64,000 bases of DNA from an uncultured candidate division Zixibacteria bacterium (lineage in GTDB: Bacteria; Zixibacteria; MSB-5A5; GN15; PGXB01): the NCBI GenBank assembly GCA_963702205.1, contig OY969724.1, positions 3,456,001 to 3,520,000 on the forward strand, written 5' to 3'. The notes beneath the pieces were generated by a model that saw nothing but the letters and a program-made list of their open reading frames with translations, did not search any database and was not told the origin of the DNA. The translations under genes and the position numbers were made by a program. Numbering within the stretch: the first letter of the stretch is position 1; each line of letters starts with the position of its first letter. Below, piece after piece: positions 18,926 to 28,789 of the stretch.

Positions 18926-20723
18926 GGGTTACCACCCCATTTCTATTCTTAAACTGCAGGTGGAACAGCTTTGAATAATAACCGTTCTGCAACAGCAATT
19001 CTATATGCGTTCCTCGTTCTATTATTTCGCCCCGCTTTATAACCAGTATCTGGTCGACGTCCAAGATGGTCGACAATCGGTGAGCGATAATTATCGACGT
19101 GCGTCCGGTCATAAGACGCTTGAGCGACGCCTGTATCGTACGCTCCGTCTCAGGATCGACCGAGCTGGTTGCCTCATCCAGAAGCAGCACGTCCGGATTG
19201 ACCACCAGCGCCCGGGCGAACGACAATAGCTGCCTCTCTCCCCGGCTGAAATTGGCGCCCTTCTCCGACACTTCGGTCTTGTACCCCTGTGGCAGCCGGT
19301 CGATAAACCGGTCGGCGGCCACCGTCCGGGCGGAGCTTACAATCTGTTCATCAGAGACGTCATCGGCCTCCAGCGATATGTTCGACCGGACGTCCCCCGG
19401 AAACAGGAAGATATCCTGCAGCACCAGCGCGAAATGCCTGCGAAGCTCGGCCTTGGAAATATCGCGAACATCGATCCCATCGATCAGTATCCGCCCTTTC
19501 TGCGGATCGTACAATCGCAGCAGAAGCGATATAACCGTCGTCTTTCCTCCACCCGTCATGCCGACCAGTGCCAGGCGCTGTCCCCTGGGCACTTCGAACG
19601 TCGCAGCTTTAAGAGCATAGTTGTCGTCACCGGTGTACGAAAACCAGACGTCTTCGAACCGGATCGAATGTTCCAGCCCGCTCCATTCCTTTGGTTTATC
19701 CGGGTCGGGCAAACTTGATTTCTCGCTCAGCAACGCAAAAATCCGTTTGGCCCCTGCGATAGCTTTCTGTATGTTCGAAAGCTGCTCCGATGCCCGCCAG
19801 ATCGGATCGAACGAGCGCCAGATCAATATGATAAACATACTGATCGTGCCGACCGTAATAAGTCCCTTGCTGATCCACAGCGCTCCGAAGAACAGCACCA
19901 GCCCGATCATGACATACTGCAAGAAGAAAATCGTATTGAAGAACAATATTACCGCCGTGTTAACATAAACGTCTTCGGTGAATTTCCTCTTATTGGCATA
20001 GTTCACTCTATCCCGGGCGTACTGACCACGGTGAAAAATCTGCACGATCGACATCCCGTGCAAAAATTCAGTCAGAGTCGCGGTCACCTCGGCCATCCGC
20101 TTGCGAACCTCCAGAAACCTCCGGCTCGTCTTGCGCTCGAAAATAAATATCATCAGCGAGACCACCGGGACCGCCGTCACCAAAATTGCCGCCAGCCGCC
20201 AGCTGTAATAAAACATGACGGCATAAATACCGGTAATCAGGATCAAATCGCCGATCAAGAGGACGACTGTATTCGTAAACAGCATCCGCAGTGATTCCGT
20301 ATCCGACTCGATTCGCGCCAACAGGCGGCCAACCGGGTTGCTATCGAAAAACGACACATCGAGCGATAGAATATGGTTGAACAGCCGTGTCTTGAGATCC
20401 AGCATGATATCCTGGCCGATAATTTCCAACCAGACTCTCTGGATAAACTGTATGATCAGGGTCACGCCCTGAATTGCCGCGATAGTCAGGACCGTCACCA
20501 GCAGCCCGTGGAAATCGTCATTCTTTATATTGACATCGAGCGCCCGTTTGATGAGAATCGGCCAGTATATCGAAAGCAGCGTTCCGGTCGTCAGAAGCAC
20601 AAGGCAAATCGCCAGCCGCTTTTTATGTTTGGCGATAAAAGGCATCAAGCGCTTGAAAGCCTGCGATGATTTGATGTCTTTTTCGGCCTTTAATTTTTCG
20701 TCTTCGTAAAATTCCGTCGTCAT
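18915..20723 (-). CDS. ABC exporter subunit (TMD+NBD), partner of a BmrCD/TmrAB-like heterodimer
   Basis: GMTGGGKT, degenerate signature FSRGERQ, LLLDEAT, IAHR; overlaps downstream subunit by 11 nt; ATG at 20723 preferred over TTG at 20732. Confidence 0.93.
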   Translation of the reverse strand: MTTEFYEDEKLKAEKDIKSSQAFKRLMPFIAKHKKRLAICLVLLTTGTLLSIYWPILIKRALDVNIKNDDFHGLLVTVLTIAAIQGVTLIIQFIQRVWLEIIGQDIMLDLKTRLFNHILSLDVSFFDSNPVGRLLARIESDTESLRMLFTNTVVLLIGDLILITGIYAVMFYYSWRLAAILVTAVPVVSLMIFIFERKTSRRFLEVRKRMAEVTATLTEFLHGMSIVQIFHRGQYARDRVNYANKRKFTEDVYVNTAVILFFNTIFFLQYVMIGLVLFFGALWISKGLITVGTISMFIILIWRSFDPIWRASEQLSNIQKAIAGAKRIFALLSEKSSLPDPDKPKEWSGLEHSIRFEDVWFSYTGDDNYALKAATFEVPRGQRLALVGMTGGGKTTVISLLLRLYDPQKGRILIDGIDVRDISKAELRRHFALVLQDIFLFPGDVRSNISLEADDVSDEQIVSSARTVAADRFIDRLPQGYKTEVSEKGANFSRGERQLLSFARALVVNPDVLLLDEATSSVDPETERTIQASLKRLMTGRTSIIIAHRLSTILDVDQILVIKRGEIIERGTHIELLLQNGYYSKLFHLQFKNRNGVVTHAE

Positions 20724-20774
20724 GGCAAACAACCTTTAATCTGAGTTTTTACTATCAGCTGCGATCGACGGGAT

Positions 20775-20813
20775 AAAAAAAACCCGCCGAACATTCCGGT
20801 TACGGCGGGTTTC
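20775..20813 (-). terminator. Leader terminator (attenuator) of the ABC operon
   Basis: Minus strand AAACCCGCCG-taaccggaatgttc-CGGCGGGTTTTTTTT, about 50 nt upstream of the ABC start. Confidence 0.75.
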
Positions 20814-20832
20814 CAAAGCTTTGTGAAAATTA

Positions 20833-20919
20833 TCACAATGCGGAAATACCTCCACCGCCGCGAAAACCGCCCATTACGGTCGCGTTACAAATAAGAATGG
20901 TATTCTGGAATGTTACCAT
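20833..20919 (-). CDS. Putative 28-aa leader peptide
   Basis: GAGGAG SD 5 nt before ATG; MVTFQNTILICNATVMGGFRGGGGISAL then TGA TAA; ends about 20 nt before the terminator. Confidence 0.6.
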   Translation of the reverse strand: MVTFQNTILICNATVMGGFRGGGGISAL

Positions 20920-21216
20920 TAATACTCCTCGCGTCGGTTTAAGGTTAAATCAGCATTCTTTAATTAACGAATTTTCTAAAATTAAGTTTCTTAATATAAA
21001 ACTATTTTCGGCACTGTCAATAAAAAATCTATACACTCGTGTCTATTTTTTGACACTCGTGTCTTTTTTTTATGTTTTCGCTGAAATTTCATATGTTTGG
21101 TCAAATGGTCCCGTAATCAATCTTATTGACAGACCGGCTCTTTCCCGTATTTTAGTATTATACCGCTTAAAAATTCCGCATAGTTTCGCGGCCCGCTTAC
21201 ATGGAGGTATTATTTT

Positions 21217-23244
21217 ATGTTGCGCCATACTATTATAACGCTCGCCTGTCTTTTGCTTCTTGTATCCGCATCTTTTGCCGGTGACAATCCGGCCGTCAAG
21301 CCCGACAACAATGCCAAATCTCTGTCATTCGAAAGTCATACAACAAAACCAAAGCTGATCGAGGAACGCCTCAAATCCCCCTCTCCTTTGACGGAAATGC
21401 CCCTCGATCTGCAGCCACTCCCGGCCGAAAAAACTCCCTCGACCCCCGGCCAGTACCACCCCGCTCTCGGCGACGCCTTCAATGACACTCTTCTGCTCGG
21501 CTACGAATACACAGACGGCGTCAATCCGGGCTATGTATTCTGGGTTTATTCCACCGACAATGGATCAAACTGGTCGACCTGCTGCTATCACGACCTCGCC
21601 GGTGCCGAATTTCCCTCGATCGACCGTTACGGCAGCGGTTCGTACATGAACGGCACCTTCCTGCCGCCCTTCGCGTGGGGCGGTGGCGGGACTTTTGTTT
21701 TGCTCCGATTTCCCGACCCGACCAATCCCTTCACGTGGAGCGGTAGCTATTCCAACTGGACCGGCTCGGGATTTTACAATATGAAAATGGACGATATCGC
21801 CTCCGACAACGGCCAGCAGATCTGGAACTGGGGCTTTATATCCGGCGTCATCAGCCGCAATGCTCCTCCGTCGGTTTACGATGACATCCCGATTATTTTT
21901 TATCAAATCAATGATCTCGGCTATACATATATAAGTTGGTACAAAGACTATGAAGGCTGCGCCACTACTGCCGCGACAATGGACCGAACCGCCGGACGCG
22001 CCCTATCGGTATACGACCGCTACAACACCACAACCAGCCAGTGGGAGCTTTTCGCCCTGAGCCACAATTTCGCCGACTGGACTGAAGATGGCTTGTATTT
22101 CGTCAAAGCCTTCACCGATCCCGATATGAACATAACCGAGCCCGACATCGCCGCCGACAATAACACCGTGCTGGTCGTCGGTACCGCCTATAATTCTACC
22201 GATACCGTCGACAAAGACGTTATCTGTTGGTACACTAATGATCCCTCTTTCACCGATTTCGAGGGCTTTTCGACCGTCGCCGCCACGACCGATCCGGAAA
22301 GCCATCCCCGGCTCGCGTTTATCGGCGGCAGTGAGTACGTCTGTACGTTCACCAAAAACGATGCGCTTTACGCCTCATACACCTGCGACGGCGGCGCTGA
22401 CTGGTCCGACCCGGTACCGATTTCACAATTTTACGAAACCGTCTCCGATGAGTACCGCAACGGCTCGGTAGCCAACGGCGGTCTGATGACATCGTACGAG
22501 GTCACCGCCGCGCCCGAAAACCAAATTACCTTCGAATATCTGGAAGCACCCGATGGCGACAGCGACGGCCTCGCCGACGTCTGCGACAACTGCCCGGCTA
22601 TCACCAATGCCGATCAAGCCGATGACGACGATGATGGAGTCGGCAACGTTTGTGACAACTGTGCCTTGGTCTCTAATCCGGATCAGCTCGACACCGATAA
22701 TGACGGTCTCGGCGATGCCTGCGATGCCTGTCCCAACGACCCGGACAACGATCCCGATGGCGACGGCGTCTGTAACGATATCGACAACTGCCCGGCTCTC
22801 GCCAACGCGGATCAACTTGATACCGACGGCGATGGTGTCGGTGACGCCTGCGACAATTGCATCAACAATCCCAATCCCAATCAGAGCGACAACGACGGCG
22901 ACCTGATGGGCGATGCCTGCGATCCCGACGATGATGACGACGGCGTGCTTGATATTGCCGACAATTGCCCGTTCAATTACAATCCGCTGCAGGAAGACAG
23001 CGACAGCGACGGTATCGGTGACGCCTGCGAGTATCTCTGTGGTGACGCCAACAATGACGGCAATAAAAACCTGATCGACATTTTGTACATCATAGATTTT
23101 ATATACAACGACGGGCCGCAACCGTACCCGATCATGCAGGCCGGTGACATGAACAACGACGGTGACATCAACCTGCTTGATATACTGTACCTTATTGACA
23201 ACATTTACGGCACGCCGCCCGGCCCCGACCCGGTCTGTCCATAA
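21217..23244 (+). CDS. Secreted protein: BNR/Asp-box region, thrombospondin type 3 repeats, C-terminal dockerin
   Basis: Signal peptide; STDNGSNW, TCDGGADW Asp-boxes; repeated DxDxDGxGDACDNC; dockerin. Confidence 0.85.
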   Translation: MLRHTIITLACLLLLVSASFAGDNPAVKPDNNAKSLSFESHTTKPKLIEERLKSPSPLTEMPLDLQPLPAEKTPSTPGQYHPALGDAFNDTLLLGYEYTDGVNPGYVFWVYSTDNGSNWSTCCYHDLAGAEFPSIDRYGSGSYMNGTFLPPFAWGGGGTFVLLRFPDPTNPFTWSGSYSNWTGSGFYNMKMDDIASDNGQQIWNWGFISGVISRNAPPSVYDDIPIIFYQINDLGYTYISWYKDYEGCATTAATMDRTAGRALSVYDRYNTTTSQWELFALSHNFADWTEDGLYFVKAFTDPDMNITEPDIAADNNTVLVVGTAYNSTDTVDKDVICWYTNDPSFTDFEGFSTVAATTDPESHPRLAFIGGSEYVCTFTKNDALYASYTCDGGADWSDPVPISQFYETVSDEYRNGSVANGGLMTSYEVTAAPENQITFEYLEAPDGDSDGLADVCDNCPAITNADQADDDDDGVGNVCDNCALVSNPDQLDTDNDGLGDACDACPNDPDNDPDGDGVCNDIDNCPALANADQLDTDGDGVGDACDNCINNPNPNQSDNDGDLMGDACDPDDDDDGVLDIADNCPFNYNPLQEDSDSDGIGDACEYLCGDANNDGNKNLIDILYIIDFIYNDGPQPYPIMQAGDMNNDGDINLLDILYLIDNIYGTPPGPDPVCP

Positions 23245-23270
23245 GTCATTATCTAATAACTAATTTTATA

Positions 23271-23292
23271 AAGGAGGCCTTCGCCTCCTTTT
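23271..23292 (+). terminator. Intrinsic terminator
   Basis: AAGGAGGC-cttc-GCCTCCTTTT. Confidence 0.7.
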
Positions 23293-23411
23293 ATCTTGAC
23301 ACAATTTGGGATATCCCTATCTTTTATTTAGGTTAACGTCTGTCAATTCGGTGGGCTAATCTTGGATTTGAGATCGCGACTATAATTTAATTTTCTGTGG
23401 AGGGCAGGGCT

Positions 23412-24512
23412 ATGTACAGGAAAATCTTATCACTAATAATCGCACTTTCGATTCTTATACCGGCTAGTATTATGGCCGTCGATTTCGAGGTCGAATTCCC
23501 TCCGCCATGCGGTATATATGGCACAACAGCTGGATTTATCCCTATTAAAATCTACATTGATAATAATGATTTGGATCGCGACTATTTCCGCCTGCCCCTT
23601 GTCATATATAGCCCGGACAACAAGATAAATCATATACAATATCCCAATATGTCCGGTGGGTATGGGCCCCACGGAAGCATTTTATTCTTAAACGGGTTTG
23701 AACCCGGTGGATTTTGGGAATCGGGCGTGCAAATCCAGGAAGGCGGCTGGGACGGATACTTGCCAGACACCATCTGCTTTTACGCCGAAAATCAGGTCAC
23801 CGGTGACAACTGGCCTCAGGGACTGGGGCTTCAGGAATATATAGATATATTTTTGTATATTCAGGACTTGGCTGAACCATATGGAGCTAATAGATTATGT
23901 ATTGACTCGGCCGATATGGAAGACCCTTATAACTGGCTTTGGGAGGAACCATCACCGCCCTTTGGTGGACCGTACTGCACTAATATTACCTGGAATTGCG
24001 CTTTGCCCCCGTATATAACCAACTGCCCCCAATCAATGATTACAATGAGTTATCGAAATAGCATATATAGAGCTTTTGAGGCACAAGACGGAGAATACAG
24101 CCCCATAATTGATTGGCAGCTTTATGGCCCCGGCACTTTGACTCCTATGGGTCAATATGTTGCTCAATATGAATATACCCCTGTATTTGAAGATTATGGT
24201 GATACATTGGAAGTCGGAATCTGCGCCGCGACCCAATGGTTTCCCTGCTCTTTGGGCGCCGTCAGCTGTTCCTTTGAAATATATGTGCGCGCTCCCGTGT
24301 GCGGGGACGCCAATAATGATGCCAAATTCGATTTGCTCGACATATTAGGCATTATCGGCGTGCTGTACTCTGTTCCTCCTGACGAATTGGACTATGACCC
24401 GATGGTTGTCGATGTCAATTCCGACGGAAGCATCAACCTGCTCGATATATTGACGATGATAGGTGCGCTCTATAATAATCCGCCGTCGCAGTTGAATTGC
24501 ACTATCGAGTAA
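23412..24512 (+). CDS. Secreted protein with beta-sandwich (possibly cohesin-like) domain, Ig-like domain and C-terminal dockerin
   Basis: Signal peptide; beta-rich IPIKIYIDN..LPLVIYSPD..LPDTICF..LCIDSA; dockerin CGDANNDAKFDLLDIL...DVNSDGSINLLDIL. Confidence 0.7.
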   Translation: MYRKILSLIIALSILIPASIMAVDFEVEFPPPCGIYGTTAGFIPIKIYIDNNDLDRDYFRLPLVIYSPDNKINHIQYPNMSGGYGPHGSILFLNGFEPGGFWESGVQIQEGGWDGYLPDTICFYAENQVTGDNWPQGLGLQEYIDIFLYIQDLAEPYGANRLCIDSADMEDPYNWLWEEPSPPFGGPYCTNITWNCALPPYITNCPQSMITMSYRNSIYRAFEAQDGEYSPIIDWQLYGPGTLTPMGQYVAQYEYTPVFEDYGDTLEVGICAATQWFPCSLGAVSCSFEIYVRAPVCGDANNDAKFDLLDILGIIGVLYSVPPDELDYDPMVVDVNSDGSINLLDILTMIGALYNNPPSQLNCTIE

Positions 24513-24659
24513 CGCGGGTTTAATGTCGATCTAAATTACCTGCCGGGTCATATCTTGATAAAGTCAAAATGTGACCCGGCAGTCCTGTTAAGTTCCTCAC
24601 TTCATTCCATCTCAGCATAGATTCGGGATTAATACTGTCCTGATTAGTCTATATTAGAC

Positions 24660-24688
24660 TTGACAGATATAACACTTCCCGATACATT
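24660..24688 (+). promoter_or_regulatory. sigma70-type promoter
   Basis: TTGACA-17 nt-TACATT upstream of 24772. Confidence 0.55.
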
Positions 24689-24771
24689 TATAGTATAAAT
24701 GATCGCGCTCTAAATCTATCTCCATCGCACACTCGGGCGCCCAAAAAATACTGTTTCCCCAGGGAGGGATT

Positions 24772-26043
24772 ATGAAAAGGTTTATTTTTATTTTAATCGT
24801 GGCGCTGATGGCCGCGCCTCTCACGACGTCGGCCCAGCCCCAGTACCTTTGCGGCGACGCCACCGGTGATGGCGTTGTTAACCTGCTCGATGTACTGACA
24901 ATTATATCCGGCATTTACAATACCCCGCCCGGACCGATCCCCAACCCCGAAATGGCCGACGTTAACAACGACGGCGTGATAAACCTGCTCGACATTCTGA
25001 AATTTATCACAATCGTTTATTACGAAAACGACAACTTCTCATGCGGATTGCCGTACGAAGACTACGATAGCGGCTGCCTTGGAAAACAGGAAAAATCCGG
25101 CGATACGATGTACGTCGAAGTAGACGGCTTCGATATCCACGTCCACCACGACAACGCCTATTACGACTGCTGTCTCGGATATTCCACCACCAACAACGTC
25201 AATTATGATACATTCATAATAACCGAACACGACACTATCCCGGAATGCGACTGCTATTGCTATTTCAACCTCGAAACCGTCATTCCCGACGTCCTCCCCG
25301 GCACATACGTCATTCAACTGATCGGCCTCGGGGGCGAGACGGTCGGCGTTGATACGGTTGCAGTCGGCGGCTCGTCCGTCTATCAACATTATGACCAGCA
25401 ATCCGATTGCGCTTCCAGCAAAGCCGATCCCGGTGACGACTCGGTGTTTATCAACGTCGTCGGCAACGACCTGACCATATATCATCTGAACGCCTATTAC
25501 AACTGCGGGTTGGCTTATGCCCTTGAATATTATATCGAAGATAATGCAATTTACGCTTTGGAAACGGATACCGGCCAGGCCGCCGATTGTTACTGTAATT
25601 TTAACCTTCAATCGGCACTTTATGACCTGCCCGACGGTGATTATGACGTCTATTTGGGTGACATCAACACTATCTTAATATTTTCGGGTCATATTACTAT
25701 CGACGGAAACGGGGGACTGATTACTTTCGACGACAGTGGCTGCCTTGAGAAATCCCCGGATAAAGATGATCCGCAACTCGTATATACGTACTTTAACGGC
25801 CAGCTTACGATGAACCACTACGACGCCTTCTTCAACTGCGGAGCGAATTTGGTCGTCGCCTTCGAACAATCGAACGACACTCTTCGCTTTTTTGAAATAA
25901 ATGTCTCGAACCAATATATGTACTGCATGTGCATCTTCGCAACGCAGGCCATCGTTGGTGGCATTGCACCGGGGGAATACGTCCTTGAGCTTTACAGCGA
26001 TGAACCGTCTACCCTCTTCGAACGTCGCACCATGACATTTTAG
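24772..26043 (+). CDS. Secreted protein with N-terminal dockerin and three Cys-rich Ig-like repeats
   Basis: Signal peptide, dockerin directly after it; three about 110-aa units with SxC..HxxA(Y/F)(Y/F)xC..E..CxC..GxY. Confidence 0.8.
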   Translation: MKRFIFILIVALMAAPLTTSAQPQYLCGDATGDGVVNLLDVLTIISGIYNTPPGPIPNPEMADVNNDGVINLLDILKFITIVYYENDNFSCGLPYEDYDSGCLGKQEKSGDTMYVEVDGFDIHVHHDNAYYDCCLGYSTTNNVNYDTFIITEHDTIPECDCYCYFNLETVIPDVLPGTYVIQLIGLGGETVGVDTVAVGGSSVYQHYDQQSDCASSKADPGDDSVFINVVGNDLTIYHLNAYYNCGLAYALEYYIEDNAIYALETDTGQAADCYCNFNLQSALYDLPDGDYDVYLGDINTILIFSGHITIDGNGGLITFDDSGCLEKSPDKDDPQLVYTYFNGQLTMNHYDAFFNCGANLVVAFEQSNDTLRFFEINVSNQYMYCMCIFATQAIVGGIAPGEYVLELYSDEPSTLFERRTMTF

Positions 26044-26077
26044 AGACAGTTTCGAAATTTAAAGCTTCCGATGTTTT

Positions 26078-26103
26078 AAGGCGGGTCAATCGACCCGCCT
26101 TTT
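26078..26103 (+). terminator. Intrinsic terminator
   Basis: AGGCGGGTC-aatc-GACCCGCCT-TTT. Confidence 0.75.
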
Positions 26104-26117
26104 GATTTTCTTTGTCG

Positions 26118-26146
26118 TTGACAAAGCAATTCATACAGGATATAAT
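26118..26146 (+). promoter_or_regulatory. Consensus sigma70 promoter of the kinase operon
   Basis: TTGACA-17 nt-TATAAT exact consensus. Confidence 0.7.
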
Positions 26147-26297
26147 TATCAATTGAATTTGCAGGGAGGTTTTGCAAGGCGACTTCAATAGAAATACATC
26201 CGGGAAAAGCTAAACCTGCGAGTAGCCCATTCAGAGAACTGCTCGTGCCAGCAATATATGCCTCCCGTAATATTAAAGGCACCTGAAAGGTAGATAT

Positions 26298-27980
26298 TTG
26301 AACGAAAACGATACCTTTGAACAATCCGATTTGAACGATGACAACCACGACCCGCTCGGCATTATCGGTTGGCAAATCGGCGGTAAGTATAAAGTTACCA
26401 AGCACATCGGGGGCGGCGGTTTCGGTGAGGTTTACGAAGGCTTCAATGTCAACCTGCCGGAACAAAGACTCGTCATAAAATTTTTCAAACGCGTCCAGTC
26501 GCGCGATAAATTCGCCAAGGAAGCCAAAATCCTCTGTCTGCTCGACCACCCGCACATCTGCCGGGTAATCGATTTTCTGCCCGAGGAAGGCGCCCTAATC
26601 GTTCCGTTCATCGACGGCAAAGACGGAGCGAAGGTCCTTCGCGATTCCGGCCCGCTTAGCGAACCCGATTTTCTCCGTCTCGCCCGCGACCTGACCAGCG
26701 CCCTGGAATTCGCCCACAGCCAGCGGGTCGCTCACCGCGATATCAAACCCGGCAATATTCTGATAGATAAAAACGGCCATATTTACCTTATAGACTTCGG
26801 CATCGCCAAGGAAGTCGGCGAGGCCGCCACCCGCACCGCTTATCAGGCTTTAACCCCTCAATTCGCCGCGCCCGAGCGCCAGACCGGCGATGCCAAGTAC
26901 GATCCGTTCTTAAGCGACGTCTACGAACTCGGCGTGACTCTTTTCAATTTCGTCACCAACAGCATGCCCTACCGCAACCCGGCCAATCCCAGTATACGCG
27001 AATGGGGCGGCATGAGCGTCGAGGGCCTCTCCCACGACCTGGTAAAAATCCTTAAGAAGGCGACCCATCCTGACCCCAACGCCAGGTATTCTTCGGTCAA
27101 AGCTCTCCACGATGACCTCGTCGAACTGGATGAAGTCTATGCCAAACCTTCGAAGGCCAAATGGCTGATCCCTGCGATAGTGGTTGTGGTCCTCGCTGTC
27201 GTCGGTTTTTTTGGCAGAGTCCAGATCGTAGGCTTGTACAATAATTTGTCCGGATCCTCGTCGACTACCGAACAGACAACGACCAATCCTGAACCGAAAC
27301 CGCCAACGACACCCGAGACGCAAACTGAAACCGAATCGGCTCAGCCCGTCGTAAATGAAACGCAAAAGCCGCCCGTCAAACCGGTCGAGGTCGCGACCAA
27401 GCAGGATGCACCGAAGCAAGAGCCGCCACCGCCGCCTAAGCCGATGCTCAAAGTCGCCATCGTCCCGGCGTCGAACGCCGTCTTGCGCGTCGACGGCCTG
27501 ATCAAGCCCGCCGGAGAATATATGGTATCGAGCCGGGGTCAACACGACCTCGAGGTCTATCACAAAGACTACCCGATTTATCACAAACGAATAAATGTAA
27601 CCGACGATTCTACGGCAGTGAATATAAATTTAAACAACGCCTTTGCCTCATCGGCCCTGCTGGACTTTCAACTGGCCCTCTTCCCTTCGGCCGATAACAA
27701 AACCCTTGAATTTTCATTGAACGGGCGCTCCCGCGAATTCAAAAGTTTCCCGGCCTTCGGCCTCAAACGAGCCGCCGGAGAATGGGAAGTCGGCGTAAAC
27801 CTCTACCCGACCGGGTCGCCCAAATCCAATGAATTGAAAATCGACTCTTGTGTGACCTTCCCCTACGGCGGCGGTCCGCATCTGGTCATCAAGGGCAGTT
27901 CGGGCAAAATGGATTTCGCCAGGATAGCCGGCGACGGCGGGACATCCGTGCCGCTGGTTATTTTCTGGTCAGAAAAGTAA
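26298..27980 (+). CDS. Hanks-type Ser/Thr protein kinase with TM and extracellular PEGA-like region
   Basis: IGGGGFGEVY, VIK, HRDIKPGN, DFG, APE, DVY motifs; TM WLIPAIVVVVLAVVGFF; Pro/Thr linker; TTG start. Confidence 0.92.
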   Translation: MNENDTFEQSDLNDDNHDPLGIIGWQIGGKYKVTKHIGGGGFGEVYEGFNVNLPEQRLVIKFFKRVQSRDKFAKEAKILCLLDHPHICRVIDFLPEEGALIVPFIDGKDGAKVLRDSGPLSEPDFLRLARDLTSALEFAHSQRVAHRDIKPGNILIDKNGHIYLIDFGIAKEVGEAATRTAYQALTPQFAAPERQTGDAKYDPFLSDVYELGVTLFNFVTNSMPYRNPANPSIREWGGMSVEGLSHDLVKILKKATHPDPNARYSSVKALHDDLVELDEVYAKPSKAKWLIPAIVVVVLAVVGFFGRVQIVGLYNNLSGSSSTTEQTTTNPEPKPPTTPETQTETESAQPVVNETQKPPVKPVEVATKQDAPKQEPPPPPKPMLKVAIVPASNAVLRVDGLIKPAGEYMVSSRGQHDLEVYHKDYPIYHKRINVTDDSTAVNINLNNAFASSALLDFQLALFPSADNKTLEFSLNGRSREFKSFPAFGLKRAAGEWEVGVNLYPTGSPKSNELKIDSCVTFPYGGGPHLVIKGSSGKMDFARIAGDGGTSVPLVIFWSEK

Positions 27981-28016
27981 GACGAAATAACTAACTTCAA
28001 ATCCCTGGGAGGTTTC

Positions 28017-28739
28017 ATGAAGCATAAAAACCTTCTTTTTCGGATAATCACGTTCACCGTCCTGACGGCTTTCATGCAGTTGACATTTCTGCCCCTGATG
28101 AGCTATGCGCAGGCCGGAAATTGTGATTACGATCCGGAAAAGCCATCGGTTGAGCACGCCCGCGACAGCTTTAAAATGCTCAACTACAAATGCGCCGAGC
28201 AGGAACTGAACGATTATCTGGCGCAGGACAACATCGGCATCGAGGAAAAAGCCAGCGCGCACATCCTTCTCGCATCGGTGTACTACGCCATGCTCAAGAA
28301 CGACACGGAAAAGCGCGACCGAGTCACCGAGGAATTCGTCAAAGCCTTCAAAGCTTACCGTGACTGGCGCGGCGAACTGGATATCAAATCCAGCGAATTT
28401 CTCGATCTGATGGAAATCGCCAAAACGCGCGTCGACGATGAGGCGGCCGAAGAAAACGTCGCCATCGAGGAACCGGCTACGGAAGAGCCTGAAGAAATAG
28501 TCGTCGAACAGCCGGAACTTCAACCCGAACCGGAAACATCGGCGGAAACCACAACCCAAACACAGCAGACCGAACAAAAGAAGAAAAAAGCCTGGTACAC
28601 CAACTGGTGGGCTATAGCCGGTGGCGTCGGGCTGGTTGCAATAGCAGCGGTGGCCCTCGGCGGCGGCGGCGGTGACGGAGGCGGTGAACCACCTCCCGAC
28701 CTGCCGGGCATCCCCGATCCGCCCATTAGCGGAAAATGA
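28017..28739 (+). CDS. Secreted helical (TPR-like) protein with acidic linker and C-terminal membrane segment
   Basis: Signal peptide; helical N-domain; Glu/Pro linker; KKKKAWYTNWWAIAGGVGLVAIAAVALGGGG and Pro-rich tail. Confidence 0.7.
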   Translation: MKHKNLLFRIITFTVLTAFMQLTFLPLMSYAQAGNCDYDPEKPSVEHARDSFKMLNYKCAEQELNDYLAQDNIGIEEKASAHILLASVYYAMLKNDTEKRDRVTEEFVKAFKAYRDWRGELDIKSSEFLDLMEIAKTRVDDEAAEENVAIEEPATEEPEEIVVEQPELQPEPETSAETTTQTQQTEQKKKKAWYTNWWAIAGGVGLVAIAAVALGGGGGDGGGEPPPDLPGIPDPPISGK

Positions 28740-28789
28740 GGCATAGAGACATTTAATTGGAAATAATCTTTATAAAAGGACATACAAAA

